The translations under genes were made by a program, and so were the position numbers. Of a stretch of 64,000 nucleotides of DNA, positions 1 through 7,756 are shown in pieces (the first letter of the stretch is position 1; each line of letters starts with the position of its first letter). Source of the DNA: a virus (lineage: Duplodnaviria; Caudoviricetes); IMG/VR virus record IMGVR_UViG_3300043036_000358, positions 1 to 64,000 of that record. The stretch is one strand, 5' to 3'. The notes beneath the pieces are model-generated. The model searched no databases. It worked only from the letters and a program-made list of their open reading frames with translations, and was not told where the DNA came from.

Positions 1-40
1 TCGGAAACGGGATGGGGTTCGACTCCTCTGCCACCCGCCA
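1..40 (+). tRNA. 3' part of a class II (long variable arm) tRNA, probably tRNA-Ser; truncated by the window edge
   Basis: Variable-arm loop GGAAAC, T-loop GGTTCGACTCC, ends G-CCA (G discriminator). The anticodon lies outside the window. Confidence 0.75.
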
Positions 41-111
41 TATATTAGCACACTCCGCTGATGTGTAAAAACTGGGGCTGCTTGCTAGCAAAGCGTGTGC
101 TAATATATGGC
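37..111. repeat. 17-bp perfect inverted repeat (long hairpin)
   Basis: GCCATATATTAGCACAC (37-53) is the exact reverse complement of GTGTGCTAATATATGGC (95-111). Confidence 0.9.
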
Positions 112-268
112 AAAGAAATTATGGACACTATGGGCAAATGCCCTCGGCGCCAAAGCCGGAAAAAACAACAGCGAAGCTGACGTGATAGCAATTATCAGAA
201 CACTGATAATTCTTAGTTATATAGTCACTAATTGCTTTATTATTGCAGGTGTATGGAGGCATTGGTAG
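107..268 (+). CDS. 53-aa membrane protein of a family common in aquatic phages (not in ORF track)
   Basis: Manual translation: MAKKLWTLWANALGAKAGKNNSEADVIAIIRTLIILSYIVTNCFIIAGVWRHW*. The LW..ALG.KAG....EAD.IA.IRT..TNCFIIAG pattern is recalled from cyanophage and freshwater phage proteins. Confidence 0.8.
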   Translation: MAKKLWTLWANALGAKAGKNNSEADVIAIIRTLIILSYIVTNCFIIAGVWRHW

Positions 269-564
269 TGGCTCTACAGTTCAATAAATTAAAGAACCCT
301 AAACTTGGGCTAACAGACACTATTACATTTGGTAAACTAGCCGGATGCCGTATTTGTGATGTTGCACAAGATCACTACGAGTACTTGATCTGGGCTGAAA
401 AGTCAGGCTTTGTTAAGTACCAACCCGAAGTAGTTAGTCTAATTCAAGAACAAGCTAATTTTGCCCGTTGGACAATTCACCAAGCAGAAGAAGTCGATCC
501 TTACAAAGACGATTTTGATCTGCCAAAACCAGTCATCTTTGACGATGACGATGTACCATTTTAA
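268..564 (+). CDS. hypothetical protein with a FGK-x-x-G...YL-x-W motif (DUF3820/exodeoxyribonuclease X C-terminal-like)
   Basis: Track ORF 232..564; the GTG at 268 overlapping the previous stop is the more plausible start. Motif TITFGKLAGCRICDV...EYLIW; acidic DDDDVPF tail. Confidence 0.65.
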   Translation: MALQFNKLKNPKLGLTDTITFGKLAGCRICDVAQDHYEYLIWAEKSGFVKYQPEVVSLIQEQANFARWTIHQAEEVDPYKDDFDLPKPVIFDDDDVPF

Positions 565-639
565 GCAGGATTAATTCAGTGGTAGAATGTCTCGTTGCCA
601 ACGAGAATGTCGTCGGTTCGAACCCGACATCCTGCTCCA
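565..639 (+). tRNA. tRNA-Gly (GCC)
   Basis: Acceptor GCAGGAT/ATCCTGC, anticodon arm TCTCG-TTGCCAA-CGAGA, T-loop GGTTCGAACC, encoded CCA. Confidence 0.95.
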
Positions 640-649
640 GATAATTATT

Positions 650-859
650 ATGTACCGAATATACTACACAGACCCTAAAGCAGTGCATCTTCCAAAGTAT
701 CAAGACGTTGGCGAGTTAAGCAACGCACTAGAATGTTGCGAGTTTTTGCGTAAGGTCAACATGATCTACGTGGTTATGGTTTCGGACTACCAAGACATGA
801 TAGGCAAACCAGGTGCTAGTAGCCCAGATGCCAACTATGTACCACAAATGTTAAATTAA
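650..859 (+). CDS. hypothetical phage protein (69 aa)
   Basis: Track ORF 587..859 overlaps the tRNA; ATG at 650 gives MYRIYYTDP...VVMVSDYQDMIGKPG, a pattern recalled from aquatic phages. Confidence 0.7.
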   Translation: MYRIYYTDPKAVHLPKYQDVGELSNALECCEFLRKVNMIYVVMVSDYQDMIGKPGASSPDANYVPQMLN

Positions 860-863
860 TAGT

Positions 864-937
864 GCGGGGTTAGTTTAGTGGCAAAATGCTATCCTTCCAA
901 GTTAGAGTTGCGAGTTCGATTCTCGCACCCCGCTCCA
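864..937 (+). tRNA. tRNA-Gly (TCC)
   Basis: Acceptor GCGGGGT/ACCCCGC, anticodon loop CTTCCAA, T-arm GCGAG-TTCGATT-CTCGC, CCA end. Confidence 0.95.
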
Positions 938-939
938 GT

Positions 940-1014
940 GCATCCTTAGCTCAGTGGTAGAGCGTCTCGCTTACACCGAGAGGGTCGGCAGTTCGAAACT
1001 GTCAGGATGTACCA
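940..1014 (+). tRNA. tRNA-Val (TAC)
   Basis: Acceptor GCATCCT/AGGATGT, D-arm GCTCAGTGGTAGAGC, anticodon arm TCTCG-CTTACAC-CGAGA, CCA end. Confidence 0.95.
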
Positions 1015-1022
1015 AAATTCAC

Positions 1023-1051
1023 TTGAAATCTGTCCCTGAATACGGTATAAT
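1023..1051 (+). promoter_or_regulatory. sigma70-type promoter
   Basis: TTGAAA-17 bp-TATAAT, preceded by AAAATTCAC. Confidence 0.85.
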
Positions 1052-1089
1052 AATTACTGTTTCGGGGATTATTTATTTATAACAAAACA

Positions 1090-1539
1090 ATGTCAATAAC
1101 ATTAGAAAACTTAGAAGGTGCCTTGGCCGGAGAGTCTATGGCACACGCAAAGTATCTGTACTTTGCACGTATTGCGCGAGCCGAGGGCTTTGAAGATGTG
1201 GCACAACACTTTGAGCACACAGCAGCACAAGAACTAAAGCACGCTTGGGGTCACCTAGAGCTGCTGATTGGCACGCCTAGTACACGAGAGTGCCTAGAAA
1301 AAGCCATCGAAGGTGAAACATACGAGTACACAACAATGTACCCTCAGTTTGAGCGTCAGGCAAAAGCCGAGAAAAACATTGAAGCTGTTAAGGAGTTCAA
1401 CGAACAAGGTCGTGAAAGCCTACAACACGCCCAAGAATTTCAAGCCGTACTAGATAAAGCTGCAAAACGCTTTGCTGCACTAAAGCGTGTAGAGCAACGT
1501 CATGCACAAGCATATCAACAAGTATTAGAAAGCATTTAA
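1090..1539 (+). CDS. rubrerythrin-family ferritin-like protein lacking a fused rubredoxin domain
   Basis: AGES...Y..FA..A..EG...A..F...A.QE..HA and EGETYE...MYP.F motifs of the rubrerythrin diiron four-helix bundle. Confidence 0.9.
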   Translation: MSITLENLEGALAGESMAHAKYLYFARIARAEGFEDVAQHFEHTAAQELKHAWGHLELLIGTPSTRECLEKAIEGETYEYTTMYPQFERQAKAEKNIEAVKEFNEQGRESLQHAQEFQAVLDKAAKRFAALKRVEQRHAQAYQQVLESI

Positions 1540-1673
1540 TGACACACATTTGCATTGTATGTGACCATGTTCACGACCCAGAAATCGAAGGCGCCTGGGA
1601 TACTCTACCAGATGACTTTGAGTGCCCTGAGTGCGGCGTAGGCAAAGAAGACTATGTAGAATTTGAGGACTAA
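1539..1673 (+). CDS. rubredoxin (44 aa, not in ORF track)
   Basis: Manual translation: MTHICIVCDHVHDPEIEGAWDTLPDDFECPECGVGKEDYVEFED*. CxxC...LPDDFxCPxCGVGKxDY is the rubredoxin signature; ATG overlaps the rubrerythrin stop. Confidence 0.93.
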   Translation: MTHICIVCDHVHDPEIEGAWDTLPDDFECPECGVGKEDYVEFED

Positions 1674-2066
1674 ATGCTAGAGTGTTTAATCTTAGGTGAT
1701 AGTATTGCTGTTGGTATCGCACAACACAGACCAGAGTGCGCTGTGTATGCCCAAGTAGGTATTACTAGTCGCGGCTGGAACAACAAGTATCTGGTTAAAA
1801 AACCAGATGCTAAAACAACAGTGGTTAGCCTAGGTACAAACGACTATAGCGAAACAGCTACATTCAGAGAGCTTTATGCGTTAAGGCAAACATTACCTAG
1901 TAAGGTAGTATGGATTCTTCCAGCAAATGGTGTAGACCGACAAACTGCTGTGGTAAAAATTGCTCAGATGTATAACGATGCTACAGTGGTTATACCCGAG
2001 CTATCCAAAGATAAAATACACCCCACAGCCCGTGGGTATCGTGAATTAGCAGAACAAGTGCGCTGA
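1674..2066 (+). CDS. SGNH/GDSL hydrolase-family protein
   Basis: Blocks ILGDSIA, SLGTND and DKIHP (S-G-N-H catalytic motifs). Confidence 0.85.
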   Translation: MLECLILGDSIAVGIAQHRPECAVYAQVGITSRGWNNKYLVKKPDAKTTVVSLGTNDYSETATFRELYALRQTLPSKVVWILPANGVDRQTAVVKIAQMYNDATVVIPELSKDKIHPTARGYRELAEQVR

Positions 2067-2136
2067 TAGCTCAGTTGGTTAGAGCAGTGAACTCATAATT
2101 CATTGGTCACAGGTTCAAGTCCTGTTCGGCGTACCA
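2060..2136 (+). tRNA. tRNA with CAT anticodon, most like tRNA-Ile2 (lysidine type); elongator Met not excluded
   Basis: Acceptor GCGCTGA/TCGGCGT, arm GTGAA-CTCATAA-TTCAT, TTAGAGCAG...TTGGTC..AGGTTCAAGTCC as in ileX-type tRNAs; CCA end. Confidence 0.9.
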
Positions 2137-2146
2137 ATACCACACC

Positions 2147-2172
2147 AAACCCACCATCAAGGTGGGTTTTTT
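2147..2172 (+). terminator. Rho-independent terminator
   Basis: AAACCCACC-ATCAA-GGTGGGTTT followed by a T-tract. Confidence 0.85.
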
Positions 2173-2190
2173 GTTTGTGGAAATATTCAC

Positions 2191-2219
2191 TTGAAATAAT
2201 GATTACTTTCGGATATAAT
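2191..2219 (+). promoter_or_regulatory. sigma70-type promoter
   Basis: TTGAAA-17 bp-TATAAT, preceded by AAATATTCAC. Confidence 0.85.
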
Positions 2220-2254
2220 TATTCTTTAACAACGCAACCCAACCACAAAACAAC

Positions 2255-2614
2255 ATGAAAATTAATTTTGCTCAAGTTTCCCACACAGACATTGATATGT
2301 TTGGTGATGACAGCCTATTCGGCCCTGATGAGTCTGGTGACTTTTACTACAACTATGTAGAGTTCGGTACAAACCCAGGTGGCGTAGACGAAGTTGCTAT
2401 CCACGATGGTTGCAATCGCTATATGCCTATTGCAGTTGAACACATTCCAGCACTGATTGCCGCACTAGACGAGTGTTTCAAAATCGCAGAGTCACTGCGT
2501 CATGCCGATAAAATCCTAGACTACGTTTCCTCTGACTCACAAGCATACGTTAATGATGACACAATCGACTACGAACCCATTCAAAACGCTGCTCTCTGGC
2601 CTTTCACAGAATAA
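2255..2614 (+). CDS. hypothetical acidic protein
   Basis: 119-aa ORF directly behind a promoter. Confidence 0.7.
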   Translation: MKINFAQVSHTDIDMFGDDSLFGPDESGDFYYNYVEFGTNPGGVDEVAIHDGCNRYMPIAVEHIPALIAALDECFKIAESLRHADKILDYVSSDSQAYVNDDTIDYEPIQNAALWPFTE

Positions 2615-2792
2615 AACCTACCCAGTTACCTTGCAATTCTTAGAGTGGGTAACTGGAGTTATTAATGAACCCAGTGTAGTTGTTCAAACATACGGCGAAG
2701 CGTTTCAAGTGCTAGAGTTCTTGGATGCTGCTCGTGTGGTTAAATTAACAAAAATACCTGAATCTGAAATATACACAATCGAGAAACTATAA
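2553..2792 (+). CDS. hypothetical protein (start uncertain)
   Basis: Fills the gap and its stop overlaps the next ATG; overlaps the previous gene by about 60 nt. Confidence 0.45.
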   Translation: MMTQSTTNPFKTLLSGLSQNKTYPVTLQFLEWVTGVINEPSVVVQTYGEAFQVLEFLDAARVVKLTKIPESEIYTIEKL

Positions 2793-3178
2793 TGGCAACA
2801 AAATCTAAAACACCCGCAACAGCAGTTGCCGTACCCCAAGGCGTAGCACGTACTCAAGCCAATCGTAAGCGTAGACTTCAGCGAACACTTAAGCAGCAGC
2901 CAAATAACACGCAAGTGCAAAATGCCCTGCTGGAAGTTGGTCGTCAACGCAAAGCACCTGTTACGGCTCAGTGGTCTCATACCGCAATTCGTTTGGCAAA
3001 ACTGTATAAAGAATTTACAGGACGTGCTCCAAAAGAACTGTTTAGTTCTAACCCTAAGGTAGCGCAAGCGGCAGCGAGTGTGCCAAGCACAAAACAGTTT
3101 GTGAACCTGCCACAAGGCAAAGTAGACTTCTCAATTGGTGCACGTGCCTTTATGCGTGAGAATAAGACATGGAATTGA
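2792..3178 (+). CDS. hypothetical basic protein
   Basis: 128-aa K/R-rich ORF, coupled to its neighbours. Confidence 0.7.
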   Translation: MATKSKTPATAVAVPQGVARTQANRKRRLQRTLKQQPNNTQVQNALLEVGRQRKAPVTAQWSHTAIRLAKLYKEFTGRAPKELFSSNPKVAQAAASVPSTKQFVNLPQGKVDFSIGARAFMRENKTWN

Positions 3179-3429
3179 TTGGGTACTATGTTATATTTGC
3201 ATTTACTACCTCAATTACTGCTTGCATTTTTTGGTTCTGGCCGCTAATAAAAGAAGCACAGCAGCTAGAAGTAGTCAATAGTTTTACACAATATCCATTA
3301 ATTAGTACTGTTATTTATATTTTTCTAAGTGCCTTGGTAGCTCCTATGCTGATACCACCAATGTTTAGTCAAGCCATGGCTGATCGCTTCTCTCGTGGCT
3401 TGAGGACAGAAATCTTAAAATCAGATTAA
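3169..3429 (+). CDS. small two-TM membrane protein
   Basis: Two hydrophobic segments (YYVIFAFTTSITACIFWFW; LISTVIYIFLSALVAPMLI). Confidence 0.7.
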   Translation: MELIGYYVIFAFTTSITACIFWFWPLIKEAQQLEVVNSFTQYPLISTVIYIFLSALVAPMLIPPMFSQAMADRFSRGLRTEILKSD

Positions 3430-3440
3430 AAAATTCAATC

Positions 3441-3469
3441 TTGAACGCATAGTTTAATCGCTGTATAAT
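3441..3469 (+). promoter_or_regulatory. sigma70-type promoter
   Basis: TTGAAC-17 bp-TATAAT with extended -10 TG. Confidence 0.85.
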
Positions 3470-3502
3470 AGTGGCTTAGATTGATACAAAACAGGATACA
3501 CA

Positions 3503-3775
3503 ATGAAAATCAAAGAATTTACATACACAAAACCAAATGGTGAAGTATCTCAACGCACTCTTGTTGAGTTGGTTAGCCCAACTGAGCACATTGAAGGCAT
3601 TGATGTTACCGAGCTTAGCATGGATGCCTATGCCGATTTTACGACACAGTTGCGCGAACTTGAGTCCAATCTTTACACACAACGTATGGCATTGTATTCG
3701 CAGTTTGACTTAGCACACAACTACCGACGCTTTTTGCCATCTCGTATGACAAACGTAACCACCGAATTCGCTTAA
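3503..3775 (+). CDS. hypothetical protein
   Basis: 90-aa ORF with AGGA SD; FTYTKPNGEVSQR pattern seen in small phage proteins. Confidence 0.75.
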   Translation: MKIKEFTYTKPNGEVSQRTLVELVSPTEHIEGIDVTELSMDAYADFTTQLRELESNLYTQRMALYSQFDLAHNYRRFLPSRMTNVTTEFA

Positions 3776-3804
3776 TTTAAAAAATCACAGAAAGAAAATA
3801 TATC

Positions 3805-4170
3805 ATGGCAGCTACCTGGACAGACGAACTCAAATCCGAAGTTATTGCAAAATACGAAGCCGCAGGCCCAACTCCTGAGTCTTCAACCGAAATCATCAAA
3901 GACATTGCCGAAGAATTCGAGCAGTCTCCTAACGGCGTGCGTATGGTGCTGGTACAAGCTGGCGTTTATGTCAAGAAAGACCCAAGCGCACCCAGCACAT
4001 CAAAAACCAAAACTGGTACAACTGGCGACAAGCCTGCTCGTGTGAGCAAAGAGTCGGCTATTGCTGACTTGAAAGCAGCTATCGAAGACGCTAACAAGCC
4101 AGTTGATGAAGACATCCTGAGTAAGCTGACAGGCAAAGCCGCAGTTTACTTCCTCAGCATTATCAAGTAA
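3805..4170 (+). CDS. T5 D3-like protein
   Basis: WTDE.K..VI..Y...S.EI...IA.......NGVRM.L..A.VY.KK and KLTGKAA match recalled T5 D3; synteny agrees. Confidence 0.75.
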   Translation: MAATWTDELKSEVIAKYEAAGPTPESSTEIIKDIAEEFEQSPNGVRMVLVQAGVYVKKDPSAPSTSKTKTGTTGDKPARVSKESAIADLKAAIEDANKPVDEDILSKLTGKAAVYFLSIIK

Positions 4171-4172
4171 TC

Positions 4173-4201
4173 ACAAGCGGCCTAGTGCCGCTTGTTTCGT
4201 T
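4173..4201 (+). terminator. hairpin/terminator after D3-like gene
   Basis: ACAAGCGGC-CTAGT-GCCGCTTGT then TTCGTTT. Confidence 0.65.
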
Positions 4202-4213
4202 TAAAGGACTATT

Positions 4214-4840
4214 ATGGCAACCAAGAAGCGTAGTGAATTAGAAACCGAACTGATGACTCCGGCTAACATTAGCCGAGTTATTCGTCTGCTTGAACCGGCC
4301 GAAGAAGGTGTAAAGCCTATTACTAAAAAAGATGCTTGTCAAATTCTTGGCATGGCATATAATACTACGCGTCTTGGTACAATCATTGACGAGTTTAAAA
4401 AGACTCAGGCGCGTAATGCACAACGTCGTGCTGAACTTCGTGGCAAGCCCGCCTCGCGGGAAGATGTAGTTTATATTATTAGCGAGTACCTGAACGGCGA
4501 GACTGTAGACGCTATTTCAAAGATGACTTATCGTAGTCCAACTTTTATCAAGCGTATCTTAGAAGATAATGCTGTACCTATTCGTGTTCCAGGTTCAACC
4601 TACTTTAATCCTGAAATGATCCCTGATGGTGCACAGCGTGATCGCTTTAGTGTTGGTGAAGTGGTGTACTCAACCAAGTACGATTCCACTGCACTGATCG
4701 AATCAGAAAAACTCACTGAAAAGTACGGCTATATCTACCGCATCTTCCTGCTAAGTGACAAGTGGTTGCAGAGTGCTTGGCAAGAGCACTATGAACTGGC
4801 CAGCTTGCAACATCTTCGCGAACTAGGAGTACGAATCTAA
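4214..4840 (+). CDS. T5 D2-like DNA-binding protein
   Basis: TKK.AC.ILG HTH-like segment, YLNGE...I....YRS..FIK..L, and YELAS..HL..LGV match recalled T5 D2. Confidence 0.72.
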   Translation: MATKKRSELETELMTPANISRVIRLLEPAEEGVKPITKKDACQILGMAYNTTRLGTIIDEFKKTQARNAQRRAELRGKPASREDVVYIISEYLNGETVDAISKMTYRSPTFIKRILEDNAVPIRVPGSTYFNPEMIPDGAQRDRFSVGEVVYSTKYDSTALIESEKLTEKYGYIYRIFLLSDKWLQSAWQEHYELASLQHLRELGVRI

Positions 4841-5118
4841 TGGATGAAAATATACAGTTTAGCAAAATCATTGACGAAAACATGGAAAAAGGTTTTCAGA
4901 TCAGACTAGCTGTTAATGATTTTCGTGACATTACCTACATTCAACTTCGTAAGTTCTTTTTGAGCTACGAAGGTGAGTGGGTTCCTAGTCGTGAAGGTGT
5001 CAGTATTCCAGCGAGTACTGAAAATATCTATGCCATCTTAGATGGTTTGTTTGAAATCTGTAGTGTGGCTGAAGGCGAAGAAATTATAAAACGCTATTCA
5101 GACCGGCTAAAATCTTAA
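4840..5118 (+). CDS. PC4-like ssDNA-binding protein / transcriptional coactivator homologue
   Basis: IRL.VNDFRDITYIQLRKFF...GEWVPSREGVSIP is the PC4 fold signature; position matches T5. Confidence 0.85.
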   Translation: MDENIQFSKIIDENMEKGFQIRLAVNDFRDITYIQLRKFFLSYEGEWVPSREGVSIPASTENIYAILDGLFEICSVAEGEEIIKRYSDRLKS

Positions 5119-5119
5119 C

Positions 5120-5148
5120 TTGTTTCTGTGACCCTAAACTGGTATAAT
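5120..5148 (+). promoter_or_regulatory. probable sigma70-type promoter
   Basis: TTGTTT-17 bp-TATAAT upstream of ligase A. Confidence 0.6.
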
Positions 5149-5155
5149 TGTCTTT

Positions 5156-6106
5156 ATGAACAAAATTACACAATATTTAGACTCAGCATCAAAAGCATAC
5201 TACGCAGGCTGGCCCATTATCACGGACGAGCAGTTTGATCGCTTGGCTGAGTCAGTTGGTTACAATGCTGTGGGCGCTAAGCAAAACTCCAAAACCGAGC
5301 GTCATTTGTTTCAAATGTACTCACTACAGAAGTATTACGAAGATGAAGGTACCAAACCACTCCAAGATGTTAGATCGATTGCTACAAGTATTAAGTTGGA
5401 CGGGGCAGCTCTCAGCCTACTTTATGTTGATGGTAATCTTGTTCGAGTTCTTACCCGTGGGGATGGTGTAGAAGGTCAAATTGTAACTGACAAGTTCCTG
5501 GGCAATCCTATTGTTCCACAAACTGTCCCATTCCAAGGTGTATACCAGATCACTGGCGAGATTGTTGCTCCAATCAATATTGAAAATGCTCGCAACTACG
5601 CAGCAGGCGCTCTTAACTTAAAAGATGTAGCAGAATTTCAATCACGAGCACTATCGTTCTTTGCATACGGTGTTCAGCCTAGCTTAGCATCTACATTTAA
5701 CGAAGACCTATCCATGCTTAAAATGGCAGGTTTTGGAGTAATCAATGAAGCAGACTTGGACAAAATATTTCCCTGCGACGGCATCGTGTTCCGAGTCAAT
5801 GACAACAAGACCTTCTACGAGATGGGTTACACAGCAAAGCATCCTCGCGGTGCATACGCTAAAAAAGAACGAGCAGCCCATGTTGAAACCCGTTTACTCG
5901 ACGTCGAGTGGCAAGTCGGCAAGTCTGGTAAGGTTACTCCTGTTGCTATTCTTGAGCCTGTTCTTGTTGGTGATGCCTTGGTATCTAGGGCTACCCTTAA
6001 CAATCCTGGCTTTATCGAAATGCTAGACCTGCGAATTGGTGACACAGTGGCGGTTATCCGAGCTGGAGAAATCATTCCTTGTATTCTACACAAAGTCGAT
6101 GCTTAA
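5156..6106 (+). CDS. ligA: NAD-dependent DNA ligase subunit A (Ia, adenylation and OB domains)
   Basis: YY.G.P.ITDEQFDRL (domain Ia), KLDG motif I, TRGDG, WQVGKSGKVTPVA, RAGEIIP. Confidence 0.95.
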   Translation: MNKITQYLDSASKAYYAGWPIITDEQFDRLAESVGYNAVGAKQNSKTERHLFQMYSLQKYYEDEGTKPLQDVRSIATSIKLDGAALSLLYVDGNLVRVLTRGDGVEGQIVTDKFLGNPIVPQTVPFQGVYQITGEIVAPINIENARNYAAGALNLKDVAEFQSRALSFFAYGVQPSLASTFNEDLSMLKMAGFGVINEADLDKIFPCDGIVFRVNDNKTFYEMGYTAKHPRGAYAKKERAAHVETRLLDVEWQVGKSGKVTPVAILEPVLVGDALVSRATLNNPGFIEMLDLRIGDTVAVIRAGEIIPCILHKVDA

Positions 6107-6123
6107 GCAGTAAAAATTTACAC

Positions 6124-6152
6124 TTGTCAAACCATACCTAATCAGATATAAT
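6124..6152 (+). promoter_or_regulatory. sigma70-type promoter between the ligase halves
   Basis: TTGTCA-17 bp-TATAAT, preceded by AAAAATTTACAC. Confidence 0.8.
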
Positions 6153-6176
6153 ATAGTCTACAAAGCAATAAACAAC

Positions 6177-6944
6177 ATGAAGATCCAAATCCCCACAACC
6201 TGCCCTTGCTGTGATTACAAACTTGAATTGGTCAACGATCAATTGTTTTGTCGCAACACGGCTTGCGGTGCTCAGCTTGGTAAAAAAGTTGAACATTTTT
6301 GCAAGACACTAGGCATCAAAGGCATGGGGCCTAAGAGTGTTGAAAAACTAAATCTACAAGACTTAACTGAGCTATTTTACTTAGACCCAGATTCAGTAAT
6401 CGAAGCACTTGGCAGTGAGAAAACTGCACACAAGTTACTAGATGAAATTGATCGTGCTAAGAGTGCTGATTTAGCAACTGTGTTGGCTAGTTTTAGTATT
6501 CCACTTGTTGGCAACACAGCTTCACAAAAGATTTGTAGCGTTGTAGACCATATCAGCCAAATCAATTACGAAACTTGCAAAGCAGCAGGTCTAGGTGACA
6601 AAGTTACCGAAAACTTAGTTGGCTGGCTACAAACAGATTTCCCTGACTTACAAGAGTTTTTGCCGTTCTCTTTTAAGTCCAACCGCAATTCCACATCAAA
6701 CAGTAATAATAATTCCAAGACTGTTTGTATCACTGGAAAGTTATCTTCTTATAAAACTAAAGCAGAAGCCTACAAAGCACTAGAAGAGGCTGGTTTTAAA
6801 GTTACAGAAACTGTAACCAAAGCCACTGACATTTTAGTTGATGAAGAAGATAAAGCTAGTACAAAACGCAAAAAAGCCGAGTCCCTTGGCATCCAAATCA
6901 TAACAAACCTAAATACTTTCTTGAAAGAAAATACAAATGACTGA
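6177..6944 (+). CDS. NAD-dependent DNA ligase subunit B (Zn finger, HhH, BRCT)
   Basis: CPCC...FCRNTAC zinc finger, IKGMGPK HhH, VCITGKL...TVTKATDILV BRCT; T5-type split ligase. Confidence 0.93.
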   Translation: MKIQIPTTCPCCDYKLELVNDQLFCRNTACGAQLGKKVEHFCKTLGIKGMGPKSVEKLNLQDLTELFYLDPDSVIEALGSEKTAHKLLDEIDRAKSADLATVLASFSIPLVGNTASQKICSVVDHISQINYETCKAAGLGDKVTENLVGWLQTDFPDLQEFLPFSFKSNRNSTSNSNNNSKTVCITGKLSSYKTKAEAYKALEEAGFKVTETVTKATDILVDEEDKASTKRKKAESLGIQIITNLNTFLKENTND

Positions 6945-7686
6945 AAAAACAACTAAAAACTGGTCTGACGAAGCTGTTGACCAACTGATGAACATCGTTG
7001 GAAACGAAAGCCCTGTTAGCGTTGAAAGCGTTGAGCGTGCTGCTGAACAACTGGGTAAAACCACTCGTAGCATTGCCAGCAAACTGCGTCAACTAGACCG
7101 TGAAGTTGCTAGTCTTGCAAAAGAAAAAACATCTGCATTTACTGCTGACGAAGGCGCTGATCTTGCCGATTTCGTCCAAGCTAACGCAGGTAACTTGACA
7201 TACAAAGATATTGCTGAAAACTTTGCTGGCGGCAAATTCACTGCCAAACAAATCCAAGGCAAACTGTTGGCCTTGGAATTGACTGGTTCAGTTAAGCCAG
7301 CCGAAAAAGTTGAAGTTGCACGTACATACACAGAGTCCGAAGAAATGACTTTTGTGAAAATGGCCGATGCAGGTAGCTACATCGAAGAAATCGCTGCTAA
7401 ACTCAACAAAACCGTTGCATCGGTTCGTGGTAAAGCACTGAGCTTGACTCGCAAAGGTCAGATTGCTAAGATTCCTGCACAAAAAGAATCTCATGCTAAA
7501 GAGTCCGTTGACCAAGTTAGCGCATTGGGTGCAGCAATTGCAACAATGACTGTAGCAGAAATTGCTGCTAAGGTTGACAAAACCGAGCGTGGTCTGCGTA
7601 CATTGCTGACTCGCCGTGGTATCAAAGTTGCTGACTATGATGGTGCAGCTAAAAAAGCCAAAGCAGAAGCCAAAGCTGCTGCTTAA
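6937..7686 (+). CDS. T5 D5-like DNA-binding regulatory protein
   Basis: TY.DIA..FAGG.F.AKQIQGK.L.LE.T, SVRGKALSL, TERG...LL.RRG..V.DYDGAAK closely match recalled T5 D5. Confidence 0.85.
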   Translation: MTEKTTKNWSDEAVDQLMNIVGNESPVSVESVERAAEQLGKTTRSIASKLRQLDREVASLAKEKTSAFTADEGADLADFVQANAGNLTYKDIAENFAGGKFTAKQIQGKLLALELTGSVKPAEKVEVARTYTESEEMTFVKMADAGSYIEEIAAKLNKTVASVRGKALSLTRKGQIAKIPAQKESHAKESVDQVSALGAAIATMTVAEIAAKVDKTERGLRTLLTRRGIKVADYDGAAKKAKAEAKAAA

Positions 7687-7702
7687 TTTGGTTTAAACCA
7701 GT

Positions 7703-7740
7703 AGCCCGGGAGTTCCATAAAGCTCCCGGGCTTTTTCTGT
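7703..7740 (+). terminator. Rho-independent terminator
   Basis: AGCCCGGGAG-loop-CTCCCGGGCT-TTTTCTGT. Confidence 0.9.
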
Positions 7741-7756
7741 TTAGGAGGTTCATAGT

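Noticed and set aside
232-859. ORF-track starts at 232 and 587
   Set aside because: They overlap a better 53-aa gene and tRNA-Gly respectively; starts were moved to 268 and 650.
1525-1722. 65-aa minus-strand ORF
   Set aside because: It is antisense to the rubredoxin gene, which has a clear signature.
2621-2680. Hairpin CCAGTTACC/GGTAACTGG followed by a 4-codon ORF (MNPV)
   Set aside because: No U-tract, and it lies inside a plausible coding frame; no further support for a regulatory role.
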